From Gemmatimonadota bacterium (lineage in GTDB: Bacteria > Gemmatimonadota > Gemmatimonadetes > Gemmatimonadales > GWC2-71-9), in contig QHTK01000050.1 of NCBI GenBank assembly GCA_003220795.1, positions 670 through 64,669 of the forward strand: a DNA stretch of 64,000 nt, read 5' to 3'. Below the pieces are notes generated by a model. It saw only the letters and a list, made by a program, of their open reading frames with translations. It ran no database searches and was not told the origin of the DNA. Of the stretch, positions 28,438 through 37,007 are shown in pieces. The translations under genes and the position numbers were made by a program. Positions within the stretch are counted from its first letter, which is position 1. Every line of letters begins with the position of its first letter.

Positions 28438-29603
28438 CAGTCGGATCGGGCCAACGGGCCGCATCTGCCGGCTTGATCGACGAAGATCTTCCCCAGGATG
28501 TCTTCATGGATCTGGGTGGTGCCTTCGATGATCTCCATGATCTTGGCGTCCCGGTAATACCGGGACACCGCGGAGGATCCGTGACAGCCCGCCGCCCCCT
28601 GGATCTGCACGGCATCGGACGCGGCTCGCACCACGGCTCGCGACGTGAAGTACTTGGCCATCAAGGTCTTCTCGAACGCTTCCGGACGATGGTCGTCCTC
28701 CGCGCGGCAGGCAGTGTGGCACAACGCGCTCGCGGCCTCCAAATCGGTGCCCATGCGCGCGATCAGCGATCGGACCATCCCCATGTCGCCCACGGTCTTG
28801 TCGCCGATCTTCCGCATGGCGGCGTGGGCGATGCTTTCCTCGAAGCATCCTCGCAGCAGCCCCAATGCCGAGCAGGCCGTGCTGATGCGTCCGTAGTGCA
28901 AGCCTACCGGGGCGACGTGGGACAAGGCGTAGCCGGGCTTGCCAACGAGGTTGGCGGATGGCACTTCCACATCTTGGAAGTGCAGCTGCGCCAGGCCGGC
29001 CGCGCGGAACCCCAGCAAATCGGAGATGGGTTCGATGCGCAGACCGGGAGTGTCCTTGGGCACCACACACGCCACCGAACGTCCTCCCAGGGTCCCGAAC
29101 ACCAGAAACACCGCGGCGAACTGGGCGCAGCTGATCCATTTCTTGCTTCCGTTCAGCACGAGCCCCTGTGAGTTCCCGGTGAACTCCGTCACCAGCGACT
29201 GCATGGCACTGCCGGCGCCCGGCTCCGTCAGGGCGAAGGCCCCGAGCATCTCCCCCTTGGCGAGGGGAGGAAGCCATCTGCGCTTCTGCTCCGTCGTGCC
29301 CCACTTGAGGAGCGCCATAGACACCATCGCTTGGACCGTGAGGACGCCCGTCAAAGCGGACGATGCTCTCCCGAAGGCTTCATTCAGCAAACCGAACGTG
29401 ACGATATCCCATCCCTGGCCGCCATACTCCGGCGGCAGACTGCAGCCCAGGTAGCCGGCCTGGGCCATCTGCGAGATCACGCCCGCGGGGACCTGCTGGT
29501 CCCGGTCCCACTGCTCGGCGAACGGGGCGACGTTCAGCGTGACAAAGGCCTTGAATTCCTCTCTCTTCTCAACCACTCGGCCGTCCGTTCTTGCGCAGGA
29601 CAA
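28437..29603 (-). CDS. acyl-CoA/acyl-ACP dehydrogenase (FkbI/ZmaI-like)
   Basis: ACAD fold with YYRDAKIMEIIEGTTQI (catalytic Glu block). The start is uncertain: TTG 29603 or GTG 29576. Both overlap the ACP gene's end. Confidence 0.8.
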   Translation of the reverse strand: MSCARTDGRVVEKREEFKAFVTLNVAPFAEQWDRDQQVPAGVISQMAQAGYLGCSLPPEYGGQGWDIVTFGLLNEAFGRASSALTGVLTVQAMVSMALLKWGTTEQKRRWLPPLAKGEMLGAFALTEPGAGSAMQSLVTEFTGNSQGLVLNGSKKWISCAQFAAVFLVFGTLGGRSVACVVPKDTPGLRIEPISDLLGFRAAGLAQLHFQDVEVPSANLVGKPGYALSHVAPVGLHYGRISTACSALGLLRGCFEESIAHAAMRKIGDKTVGDMGMVRSLIARMGTDLEAASALCHTACRAEDDHRPEAFEKTLMAKYFTSRAVVRAASDAVQIQGAAGCHGSSAVSRYYRDAKIMEIIEGTTQIHEDILGKIFVDQAGRCGPLARSD

Positions 29604-29847
29604 AGGCCGTCGTCGCGTTGAGCGACTTGAAATTCTCGATGTCCAGATCGTCCCGCCCCATTTCCATAGCGAACGTCTTCTCGATGAAGGTCATCAACTG
29701 CACCGCAAACAAGGAATTGACGATTCCCGATTCGAACAGGTTGGCGTCATCGTCCAAGTCCGGGACGGCGATCGAGCTCAGGATGAAGCTCCGGATCGTG
29801 TGTTTGATGCCGTTCGGGTCCGCGGTGCTCATGGACTCCTCCGTCAT
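29569..29847 (-). CDS. free-standing acyl carrier protein (FkbJ/ZmaH-like)
   Basis: 92 aa with FESGIVNSLFAVQLMTFIEKTF (Ser attachment motif, NSL variant of DSL). ATG 29847 overlaps the upstream stop (ATGA). An alternative ATG lies at 29832. Confidence 0.8.
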   Translation of the reverse strand: MTEESMSTADPNGIKHTIRSFILSSIAVPDLDDDANLFESGIVNSLFAVQLMTFIEKTFAMEMGRDDLDIENFKSLNATTAFVLRKNGRPSG

Positions 29848-30707
29848 TCCAGGCCCGGATAGGCATGAAATCCCCTTCCGGTCTTCCGCCCCAAATGGCC
29901 GGCATGCACCAGCTTTCTCAGCAACGGACAGCAGCGGTACTTCGGATCCCGAAAGCTTTCGTACAGGACATCGAGCGACCGCATCACCGTGTCCAAGCCG
30001 ATCAGGTCCGCGGTTTCCAACGGTCCCATCTTGTGCCCGAAGCATTTCTTGAAGATCGAGTCGATCTGCTCGGCCGTCGCCACGTTATCCTGCAGCACAA
30101 ACGCGGCCTCGTTCATGAACAAATGGGAAATCCGGTTGGACACAAAGCCCGGCATGTCCTGGACGATGATGGCTTCCTTGCCAAGCACGGCAAACAGCCG
30201 CAGCAACGTGTCGACGGTCCCGTCGGAGGTATGGAACCCGCGAATCACCTCGACGGTCGGTTTCAGATGAACCGGATTCATGAGGTGGATGCCCACCACG
30301 TTGGCCGGACGCCCGGTGGCGCTGGCTATCTGCGTGATCGGGATACACGACGTATTGGCCCCAAAACACACCTCGCGTGGCGCCACTCGATCCAGCTGCT
30401 CATAGACCGGCTTCTTGACATGCCAGTCCTCGGTCACGTTCTCGATGATGAAGTCACATGACGCCACGTCCTGCAGATCGGTCGTGAACACCATGCGTTG
30501 CAGGGCGTCCTCCGGCGTTACGCGTGGCAGCGTCTTCGACAGCAAGGGGACGCAGCGGACGTTGTTCAACACGGCGGCTTGCGCGCGCTTCAGGATGTCT
30601 TGCGAGATGTCCACCACGACCGCGGATATCCCATGCAGCACCAGGTCGGTTACGACGCCGCTGCCGATGTTTCCCGCGCCCAGCACGCCGATCTGTTTGA
30701 ATTGCAT
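29844..30707 (-). CDS. 3-hydroxyacyl-CoA/ACP dehydrogenase (FkbK/ZmaG-like)
   Basis: MQFKQIGVLGAGNIGSG NAD fold plus a 3HCDH C-terminal domain (GFVSNRI...GPLETADLIGLD). ATG 30707 lies 2 nt after the upstream TAA. The track ORF extension to 30842 is spurious. Confidence 0.85.
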   Translation of the reverse strand: MQFKQIGVLGAGNIGSGVVTDLVLHGISAVVVDISQDILKRAQAAVLNNVRCVPLLSKTLPRVTPEDALQRMVFTTDLQDVASCDFIIENVTEDWHVKKPVYEQLDRVAPREVCFGANTSCIPITQIASATGRPANVVGIHLMNPVHLKPTVEVIRGFHTSDGTVDTLLRLFAVLGKEAIIVQDMPGFVSNRISHLFMNEAAFVLQDNVATAEQIDSIFKKCFGHKMGPLETADLIGLDTVMRSLDVLYESFRDPKYRCCPLLRKLVHAGHLGRKTGRGFHAYPGLE

Positions 30708-30709
30708 GG

Positions 30710-33700
30710 TTACGACGCCTTCCGCCGCGTGACGTTGCGCCGCCGCTGACCCCGTAACGCGGCCGCGGCGGCGCTGCCGGCGCCGTCGCGCCCGCCGGAG
30801 GCCGCGCGTAATTTGGCGGCCAACAGGCTCACGGTGGGGCACTCGAACAGGCTGACGATCGACAGATGCTGCTTCAGCTCCCGCTTGATCGCGGCAATCA
30901 CCTGCACCGCCCGGAGGGACGTGCCGCCCACGTCGAAGAAATTGTCGTGGATCCCGATGCGCCGGCCCAACACCCTACTCCAGATGTTCAACAGCGCGGC
31001 TTGTAGCGTGCTGGACGGTGCGACGTCGACCGGAGCATCGAGCGGCTGCTTTCGGAGCCGGTATGCCTCGATGGCCTTTGCGACCCGGTCGATGTCGTAC
31101 AGGTGTTCCCCGATCACCTGCAGGGGCTCCGACCGATCACCGACGCCGAATCCCCAGACCTGTCGGGGCGGGCGGGCGTCCGGGTGGGGAGGCGCCGGCG
31201 CCTCGAGCCCGGGGTGCGCCGTTTGGTCGGGGTCGTATGCGAGGCTCGCCAGGCGGTCAGCGGCGAACGTCCAGGACGCGCCGGCCGGGTCGCCGTCGGG
31301 ACCGCCGATGTTCCGGATGAACTCCCGGACCGGCGCATTCTTTTCCGTCGGCCGATGGGAGAGTTCCACGAGGCGTTTGCCTTCCCTGGCCGCCTGCTGG
31401 CCGAGGTGAGCCAGGACCGCGTGCTCCACGCCTTTGCCCAACACCCGACAGCTCAACAGCAGGGTATCCACTTTGTAGCGGTCGGTCGCTGTCTCATACA
31501 TCACGACCCCGACCAGCCCGTAGTCCCCGAATCGGTCGACGACGTGAACCACCAGACAGGTGACATCGTTCTGCTGCAAGATGTCTCGAATCTCCTGCTC
31601 CGAGCGTCGGATGGTGGTGAAGTTGAATTGGTTCGTTCGGAACGTCAGCTGCGACACACGGGCGAGCTGGTCGTCGGTCGCTTCGGCGATCTCGACGCGC
31701 AGTTGCAGCCCGTTCACAAAGTCTTTCAAAGAGAGGGTTTGCTCCCGGAACCGTTGCCGCTCCGCGTTTTCCTGGTACATCCGGGTGCGGGCGCGATCTT
31801 CCTCGGTCGCACCCGCGTGATCGAACGCCCACACACGATTCAGGAACGCCGGGATCGACTCGCTGCGCTGCGGCAGCTGCAACGTCAACACGCCGGGGCA
31901 GTTGATGCGGACATCCGCGCAATCCACCGGGTTGTCATCGATGAAGATGAAGCTCTCCAACCCGAGATTGAGCTCGTGCGCGAGCGACATGACGTTCTCC
32001 GACTTGCTGTTCCAATTGATGCGCCGCGCAACCAGGTGCTCGCGCTTCAGCACCATGTCGGTCCGCTGGTCGAAGACGTCCAGCACATCCTGCTCGTTGT
32101 TCTTGCTGCACAGACAGAGCAGCATGCCGGCGTTCATGCGCCCGAGCATGAATTCCTGCAACCGGCGGAACGGGGCGCTCACTTCGATGCCCTGCGGACC
32201 GTCCTCGCCGCACACCCCCTTCCACAACGTGTTGTCGCAGTCCAGCACGATCACCTTGAATGGCGGTCGCTGCAGGTTGTAGATGGTGCGGACCAGCGTC
32301 GTCCCGATCGCCGCGTAGCCCTGCGAGGTGTACGGGATGTGACCCGCCTGATCACTGTGCGGGTCGTAGTACTCGTCGACCGGATACTGCTGCAACGGCG
32401 ACGCCGAGCGGATCGTGTGCACGTTCGGTATCGTGGCGGCCGCCGTCCGCAAGGTCTGCTCGGCCTCGTCCAGCGCCGCCTTGAGGTCGGCGTCGGCTTC
32501 CGCGGGCGGGGTCCTGGGGCAGACACACAACACCACGGGCGCCGTGGCCTGGCTCATGAACGACCGCAGCGCGGTGCAGAAGTCCCGGACGGTTCGCTGT
32601 AGGCCGCCTGCCGTCTGACGTGACTGATCCAACCCGGATGCGACGGGCGCGTCACCCCGGGTTCCATAGAGATTGAACAACCCGGCATGCTCGAGCAGCC
32701 GTTCGTGTTCGACGGCGCAGCGGAACCCCTTCTGGACGAGCAGTGCTTCGATCTGTTTGACCGCCTGCTCGGTGCGGTCGTGGATCTCGATCACAATCTG
32801 GGCGATCTTCGGCCAGTCGCGATCGTCAATGCCCCGGATGATGTCCAGCTCGCTCTTTTCCGCATCGATCTTGAGGAGGTCGATCTTGTCGATCCGGTAC
32901 TCTCGAATCATCTCCGACACGGATGTCAGACGGCACTCGTGGGTCGTGCGACTGAGCCGGTTTGCGGTGAGCTCGGTGACATATTCCTCCACCGCGTCCC
33001 CTGCCACCGACGTCTCGCTGCTCAGGGTGTTCCGCACTACCGCTTGAATGGCCTCGCGGTCCTCGGTTTCATCTGCATGAAACCCCGAGAACACGGAGGA
33101 CTTCTCATAGAAGGTCAAGGTCGCGGTCTTGGGCCGGTCCGACACACCGACGTTCAGGGCTCGGACCTGCGATCCGTAGGCCTCGCAGTTGGCCTTCAAG
33201 AGCTCATACACGGCGGGCGCCGGTTCACAGGCGTAGATCGTCGGGTTGCGACAGCGGCTCATCACAAACAACGAGAACAGCCCGATGTTGGCCCCGATAT
33301 CCACCACCGTGGCTCCGTCCGGCAAGCGGATGCCATGCTTCAGATAGCAGCGATCTTCGAAGATCTCCTTGTAGACATAGTCCGTTTCATACCGGTTCAG
33401 ATGAACGATCTCCAGGCCATTGGGCAGGACGCATCTGGTCCGGTCGCCGAAGCACTGGTCCGCCCGTTCCCTGGTGAGCGTCATGACCCCGCGCGGATCC
33501 CCCGTGGCCCACGCCTCCAACCCCAAGAGGATGACTTTGACTGCGTCGCGGCGCGTGCGGAACGCGCTGCCCGCGTCCAGCAGCTGCTGAAAGATCTGAT
33601 TGTAGGGCGCAAATTCGACGTGGATCGGCGTGCCGAAATGGTCACCCCAGAAGCGCAGGGAATCCTCTACCGGCTCAGCGGTGAAATTCGAGGCGATGAC

Positions 33701-34543
33701 GAGGTTGGCGGCCGTCGCTTCACCGGCCGCGTCGGCGCGGTCCAGCACGCTGAACGTGACGCCGGAGAGATCGAAGTACGGCGTGCCGGACTGGTCGAAC
33801 ACCCGAACGTTGCCGACGAGACTCTTGCCATCGCGTTCACTCTCCGGAAGCAGCACGGCGTGCCCCCAGAGCGTATCGGGGAAGCGGACGTCCGTTACTG
33901 CGATCTTCTCGATCGACCGCAGGATGAACGTCTTCCCCTGCTCGAGCATGCAGGACGCCAGTAACTGGGTGGCGGAGTCGAGCAGGCTCGGGTGCAGGTC
34001 AGGTTCGTCGACTGCTCCGTCTCGGTGCGCTACGGCAAGCCGCCCCAAGGACTGGTCCCCTGCCCGCCAGATCGACGCAACGTGTTGAAACCCGGGCCCG
34101 TATTGGTTGCCATTTTCACGGAGCGTCTTGTAGAACCGGTCCGAGTCGATCAGGTCATGAGACTGCGCTTGGAACGCTTCGATGGAAAACGCTTCCGTGC
34201 TCGCTCTCGGAGACGGTGCCGGGTTCCGGTCGATGTCGAGCTTGGCAGCAGGCTCCGCAACCCCTGCTTCGTAGAACGTGTATTCAACGCGGCCGTTGCC
34301 GTGATCCCCGACGTCGACCCTTACGATCGTGTCTTCTGCCGAAACAATGATGGGATTGTGAAACGTCACGTTCCGGACGAGACCCGCAACGCCCTTGGAG
34401 CGTTCACGCTCCAGGCGCAGGGCCATGTCGACGTAGCACGACCCGGGCAGCACGACCATGTCGTGGAACCCGTGATCTGCCAGGTACGGCATGGAACGAA
34501 TGCCGATCCTGAATTCGGCGGAGGCTACTTCAGTTGTGCTCAC
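30710..34543 (-). CDS. multidomain loading-type protein: PKS dehydratase - FkbH-like domain with embedded FkbM methyltransferase - ACP
   Basis: Approximate domain spans follow. DH is 33719-34522 (LADHGFHDMVVLPGS and LLDSATQ). The FkbH N-subdomain is 33494-33712 (NLVIASNFTAEPVEDSLRFW). The FkbM MTase is 32654-33421 (VVDIGANIGLFSLF...IDLLKIDAEKSELDII). The FkbH HAD core plus C-terminal domain is 31229-32551 (VLDCDNTLW, LLSCRVLGKGVE). ACP is 30809-31021 (FFDVGGTSL). I prefer GTG 34543 (GGGGA SD) over TTG 34573. Confidence 0.85.
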   Translation of the reverse strand: MSTTEVASAEFRIGIRSMPYLADHGFHDMVVLPGSCYVDMALRLERERSKGVAGLVRNVTFHNPIIVSAEDTIVRVDVGDHGNGRVEYTFYEAGVAEPAAKLDIDRNPAPSPRASTEAFSIEAFQAQSHDLIDSDRFYKTLRENGNQYGPGFQHVASIWRAGDQSLGRLAVAHRDGAVDEPDLHPSLLDSATQLLASCMLEQGKTFILRSIEKIAVTDVRFPDTLWGHAVLLPESERDGKSLVGNVRVFDQSGTPYFDLSGVTFSVLDRADAAGEATAANLVIASNFTAEPVEDSLRFWGDHFGTPIHVEFAPYNQIFQQLLDAGSAFRTRRDAVKVILLGLEAWATGDPRGVMTLTRERADQCFGDRTRCVLPNGLEIVHLNRYETDYVYKEIFEDRCYLKHGIRLPDGATVVDIGANIGLFSLFVMSRCRNPTIYACEPAPAVYELLKANCEAYGSQVRALNVGVSDRPKTATLTFYEKSSVFSGFHADETEDREAIQAVVRNTLSSETSVAGDAVEEYVTELTANRLSRTTHECRLTSVSEMIREYRIDKIDLLKIDAEKSELDIIRGIDDRDWPKIAQIVIEIHDRTEQAVKQIEALLVQKGFRCAVEHERLLEHAGLFNLYGTRGDAPVASGLDQSRQTAGGLQRTVRDFCTALRSFMSQATAPVVLCVCPRTPPAEADADLKAALDEAEQTLRTAAATIPNVHTIRSASPLQQYPVDEYYDPHSDQAGHIPYTSQGYAAIGTTLVRTIYNLQRPPFKVIVLDCDNTLWKGVCGEDGPQGIEVSAPFRRLQEFMLGRMNAGMLLCLCSKNNEQDVLDVFDQRTDMVLKREHLVARRINWNSKSENVMSLAHELNLGLESFIFIDDNPVDCADVRINCPGVLTLQLPQRSESIPAFLNRVWAFDHAGATEEDRARTRMYQENAERQRFREQTLSLKDFVNGLQLRVEIAEATDDQLARVSQLTFRTNQFNFTTIRRSEQEIRDILQQNDVTCLVVHVVDRFGDYGLVGVVMYETATDRYKVDTLLLSCRVLGKGVEHAVLAHLGQQAAREGKRLVELSHRPTEKNAPVREFIRNIGGPDGDPAGASWTFAADRLASLAYDPDQTAHPGLEAPAPPHPDARPPRQVWGFGVGDRSEPLQVIGEHLYDIDRVAKAIEAYRLRKQPLDAPVDVAPSSTLQAALLNIWSRVLGRRIGIHDNFFDVGGTSLRAVQVIAAIKRELKQHLSIVSLFECPTVSLLAAKLRAASGGRDGAGSAAAAALRGQRRRNVTRRKAS

Positions 34544-35237
34544 GTATCGTCCCCGGGATTGCCTTCTGTGCAACGATGGCGCCGATCAGTCCGGGTCCGG
34601 GCACAAAGCTGTAAAGCGTCCACCCACAACGGTCCCCGGGCGTCGAGTCCACGCGGAGAATTCGGGCCGGCTCACCCGGCTCAAACGAAACATCGAAGCG
34701 ATCGAGCGGGTGGGAGAGCCCGTCACCGAGCGCCTTGATGAAGGCTTCCTTACGGGTCCAGCAAGAGAAGAACGCGAGGGGCTTGTCGCTCGGGTCGAGG
34801 GCGCGGTAGGCCTCGCTCTCACGCCGGGAAAACATGCGGGCTGCGATGTCGTCGGCGTCGGGAATCACCCGCACGGCTTCGACGTCGATTCCGACCTCGC
34901 GCCCGAAGGCAAACGCATAGACGGCCACGTCGTCGCAGTGCGATACGCTGAATCGCAGGTTCGAAGCCGCGACACGTCGCGCGAGCGCCGGCTTGCCGCG
35001 TTCCCCGTACACCAGCTCGACCGAGTCGGCCCCGATGTCCAACCGCGCCGCGAGCAACTGGCGCAGACGCGCCCGCGCGACGGTAAACCGGCGGCGATCG
35101 CATTCGAAAGCAAAGCGACCGGCTCTGTGTCGCTCCTCCTGCGAGAGCAGCGCAGCCGATGCGCGGAGCGCACCCGGCCCCACGTCCAGTCGCGTCACCA
35201 CAACGTCGACGGCAGCTGCGCCTCCGCAAGCGGGCAT
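34530..35237 (-). CDS. Sfp-type 4'-phosphopantetheinyl transferase
   Basis: Motifs GKP...FSVSHC, VGIDVE and FSCWTRKEAFIKALG. Start set to ATG 35237 (GGAG 9 nt upstream). The track ORF extension to 35381 is Arg-rich noise. Confidence 0.85.
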   Translation of the reverse strand: MPACGGAAAVDVVVTRLDVGPGALRASAALLSQEERHRAGRFAFECDRRRFTVARARLRQLLAARLDIGADSVELVYGERGKPALARRVAASNLRFSVSHCDDVAVYAFAFGREVGIDVEAVRVIPDADDIAARMFSRRESEAYRALDPSDKPLAFFSCWTRKEAFIKALGDGLSHPLDRFDVSFEPGEPARILRVDSTPGDRCGWTLYSFVPGPGLIGAIVAQKAIPGTIREHN

Positions 35238-35405
35238 GGTTTCTCCGGGATCCAATGCTGCGGCGTCCCTCACGGTAGATCGTGCGGCGGCTGGGTGGTG
35301 CAAATTTCGGACTGGGAGGGGACGCGGGCACCCGTGTCCGTTCCTGTTGCGTCGACGCCACACACCGTGTGCGTTCACCACGTTGCGGCGGCGGCCACAT
35401 GAAGA

Positions 35406-36995
35406 CTAGGGCCGCAGCGATCCGCAATCGTAATGGCTTATGCTCCGCAGCGTCGGCTCGAGCCGCAAGCGCATGAGGCTCCTCAACACCGCCGCCAGGG
35501 ACCGCTGCGCAATCACGAGCTCGACCTCGCCGGGCGCCTTCGCGTAGCGACAGGGGTACAGAGCGAGCCTGCGGTAGATCCGCGCTTCGGGATAGGACGG
35601 CACCTTCATCTCTTCCATGGACCACACCCCGTAATCCAGCACATTCCGGCCAGACTCGTCCTGCGTCACGTACACGCGGATGGCGGAAGGAAGGTCACGT
35701 CGTACGCCGTCGCTGACGTAGATCTGAGCCCTCTTCGTGTCGCCAGAGAACAGCGTGAAGGAGAGATATGAGTCCCACAATTGGACGAAGCTCAACGCCG
35801 GAAGGATGGCGAACAGCACGAGGACGGCCACGTGATACCAGCCGTTCGCGGGCGAGAGGATTTGCCGAGCCGGCAGGAGCGCCGTGTTGCGAAACAGGAG
35901 GAAGTTGAAAGCGATCATCGCGAGGTTCCATGGCCACACGCCTCGATCGATGTTGTGTCCCAGCGGTCCGAGACAGACGAGGATGAAGAGGTGCATCGGG
36001 ATGGCGGCGATTATCGCGGTGAACCGCCATCGTGTGGTGATCAGGCCGATGCCGATGCCCACTTCGAGGAGCGCCACGCCGGCGCCCAACCACGCGAGGT
36101 ATTCCACCATGCCGGCGGGAATGGTGAAGAGGCCTTGCAGAAACCACGGGAAGACACCGTTGACAAAGCTCCGGTTGAGCTTATGGAGGCCACTCCAGAG
36201 GTAGACGCTCGCCACGATGACACGACAGGTGTTGAGCGCCACCGCCGCCGGGGCGGCGGGTTCCCGCTTCCAGTAGTGCAGGGCGAGGGCGCCGAGCATG
36301 AAGACGTACTGATAGAACCAGGGCTGCCACCGGGACTGGTCCAACACGCTCAGACCGCCCGCGATGATCAGGATCGCGGCGAGCGGTCGCAGCGGTCTCC
36401 GCGCCGCCGCCGCCGCGCCGAGGAGCAGGAGGAGCACGACGAACACGACGTAGTCGAGTGGAAAGGGGATCGTGGGTGAGTGGGCCCACACCGGCATGAG
36501 AGGATAGGTGCGAGAGGAGACCCAGAGTTTCTGCGACAGGAGCAGTCCAGCGGCGAGGGCCAGGCACAGTGCCAGCTTGAGTCGCTCCAGCCGGACGTCG
36601 TCCCCGACCTGATTTTCTAGACGTTCCGGGCGGAAGAGGAACCGCGAGAACCACTGACGCCTACCTGCTACGACCCGATACGCCGCCTCCACGAGCCAGA
36701 TCAGGGGACGGGTCGAGAAGACGGCCGAGAACCGTCGCCATCCGACCGCGTCCATGAGGTAGAGGCTCGCCCGACCAGCACTCAGCACCACGCCCTCGGG
36801 CGTCAGGACGTGGATGGCGTGCGCGCAGCGGCGGGCGAGCGCCTCGGTCATCGGTGGGCGTGGCGCCACCTGGTACGGGACGGGAAAGAGTCGATCGTGC
36901 CGATCCTGTCGCTTGATCCAATCCACGGCTCGACGACAGAAGCCGCAGGTCCCGTCCCAGAACACCCATGCTTGATCCGCGCGGCGCTCGCTCAT
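35406..36995 (-). CDS. DCC1-like thiol-disulfide oxidoreductase (CxxC) domain fused to a large polytopic membrane domain of unknown function
   Basis: The N-terminal 120 aa read WVFWDGTCGFCRRAVDWIKRQD...F.PYQ (DUF393/DCC pattern). About 9 TM helices follow, then a ~120-aa soluble tail. ATG 36995 is 12 nt after the upstream gene's stop. Confidence 0.6.
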   Translation of the reverse strand: MSERRADQAWVFWDGTCGFCRRAVDWIKRQDRHDRLFPVPYQVAPRPPMTEALARRCAHAIHVLTPEGVVLSAGRASLYLMDAVGWRRFSAVFSTRPLIWLVEAAYRVVAGRRQWFSRFLFRPERLENQVGDDVRLERLKLALCLALAAGLLLSQKLWVSSRTYPLMPVWAHSPTIPFPLDYVVFVVLLLLLGAAAAARRPLRPLAAILIIAGGLSVLDQSRWQPWFYQYVFMLGALALHYWKREPAAPAAVALNTCRVIVASVYLWSGLHKLNRSFVNGVFPWFLQGLFTIPAGMVEYLAWLGAGVALLEVGIGIGLITTRWRFTAIIAAIPMHLFILVCLGPLGHNIDRGVWPWNLAMIAFNFLLFRNTALLPARQILSPANGWYHVAVLVLFAILPALSFVQLWDSYLSFTLFSGDTKRAQIYVSDGVRRDLPSAIRVYVTQDESGRNVLDYGVWSMEEMKVPSYPEARIYRRLALYPCRYAKAPGEVELVIAQRSLAAVLRSLMRLRLEPTLRSISHYDCGSLRP

Positions 36996-37007
36996 CGCGC
37001 GGGCTTC

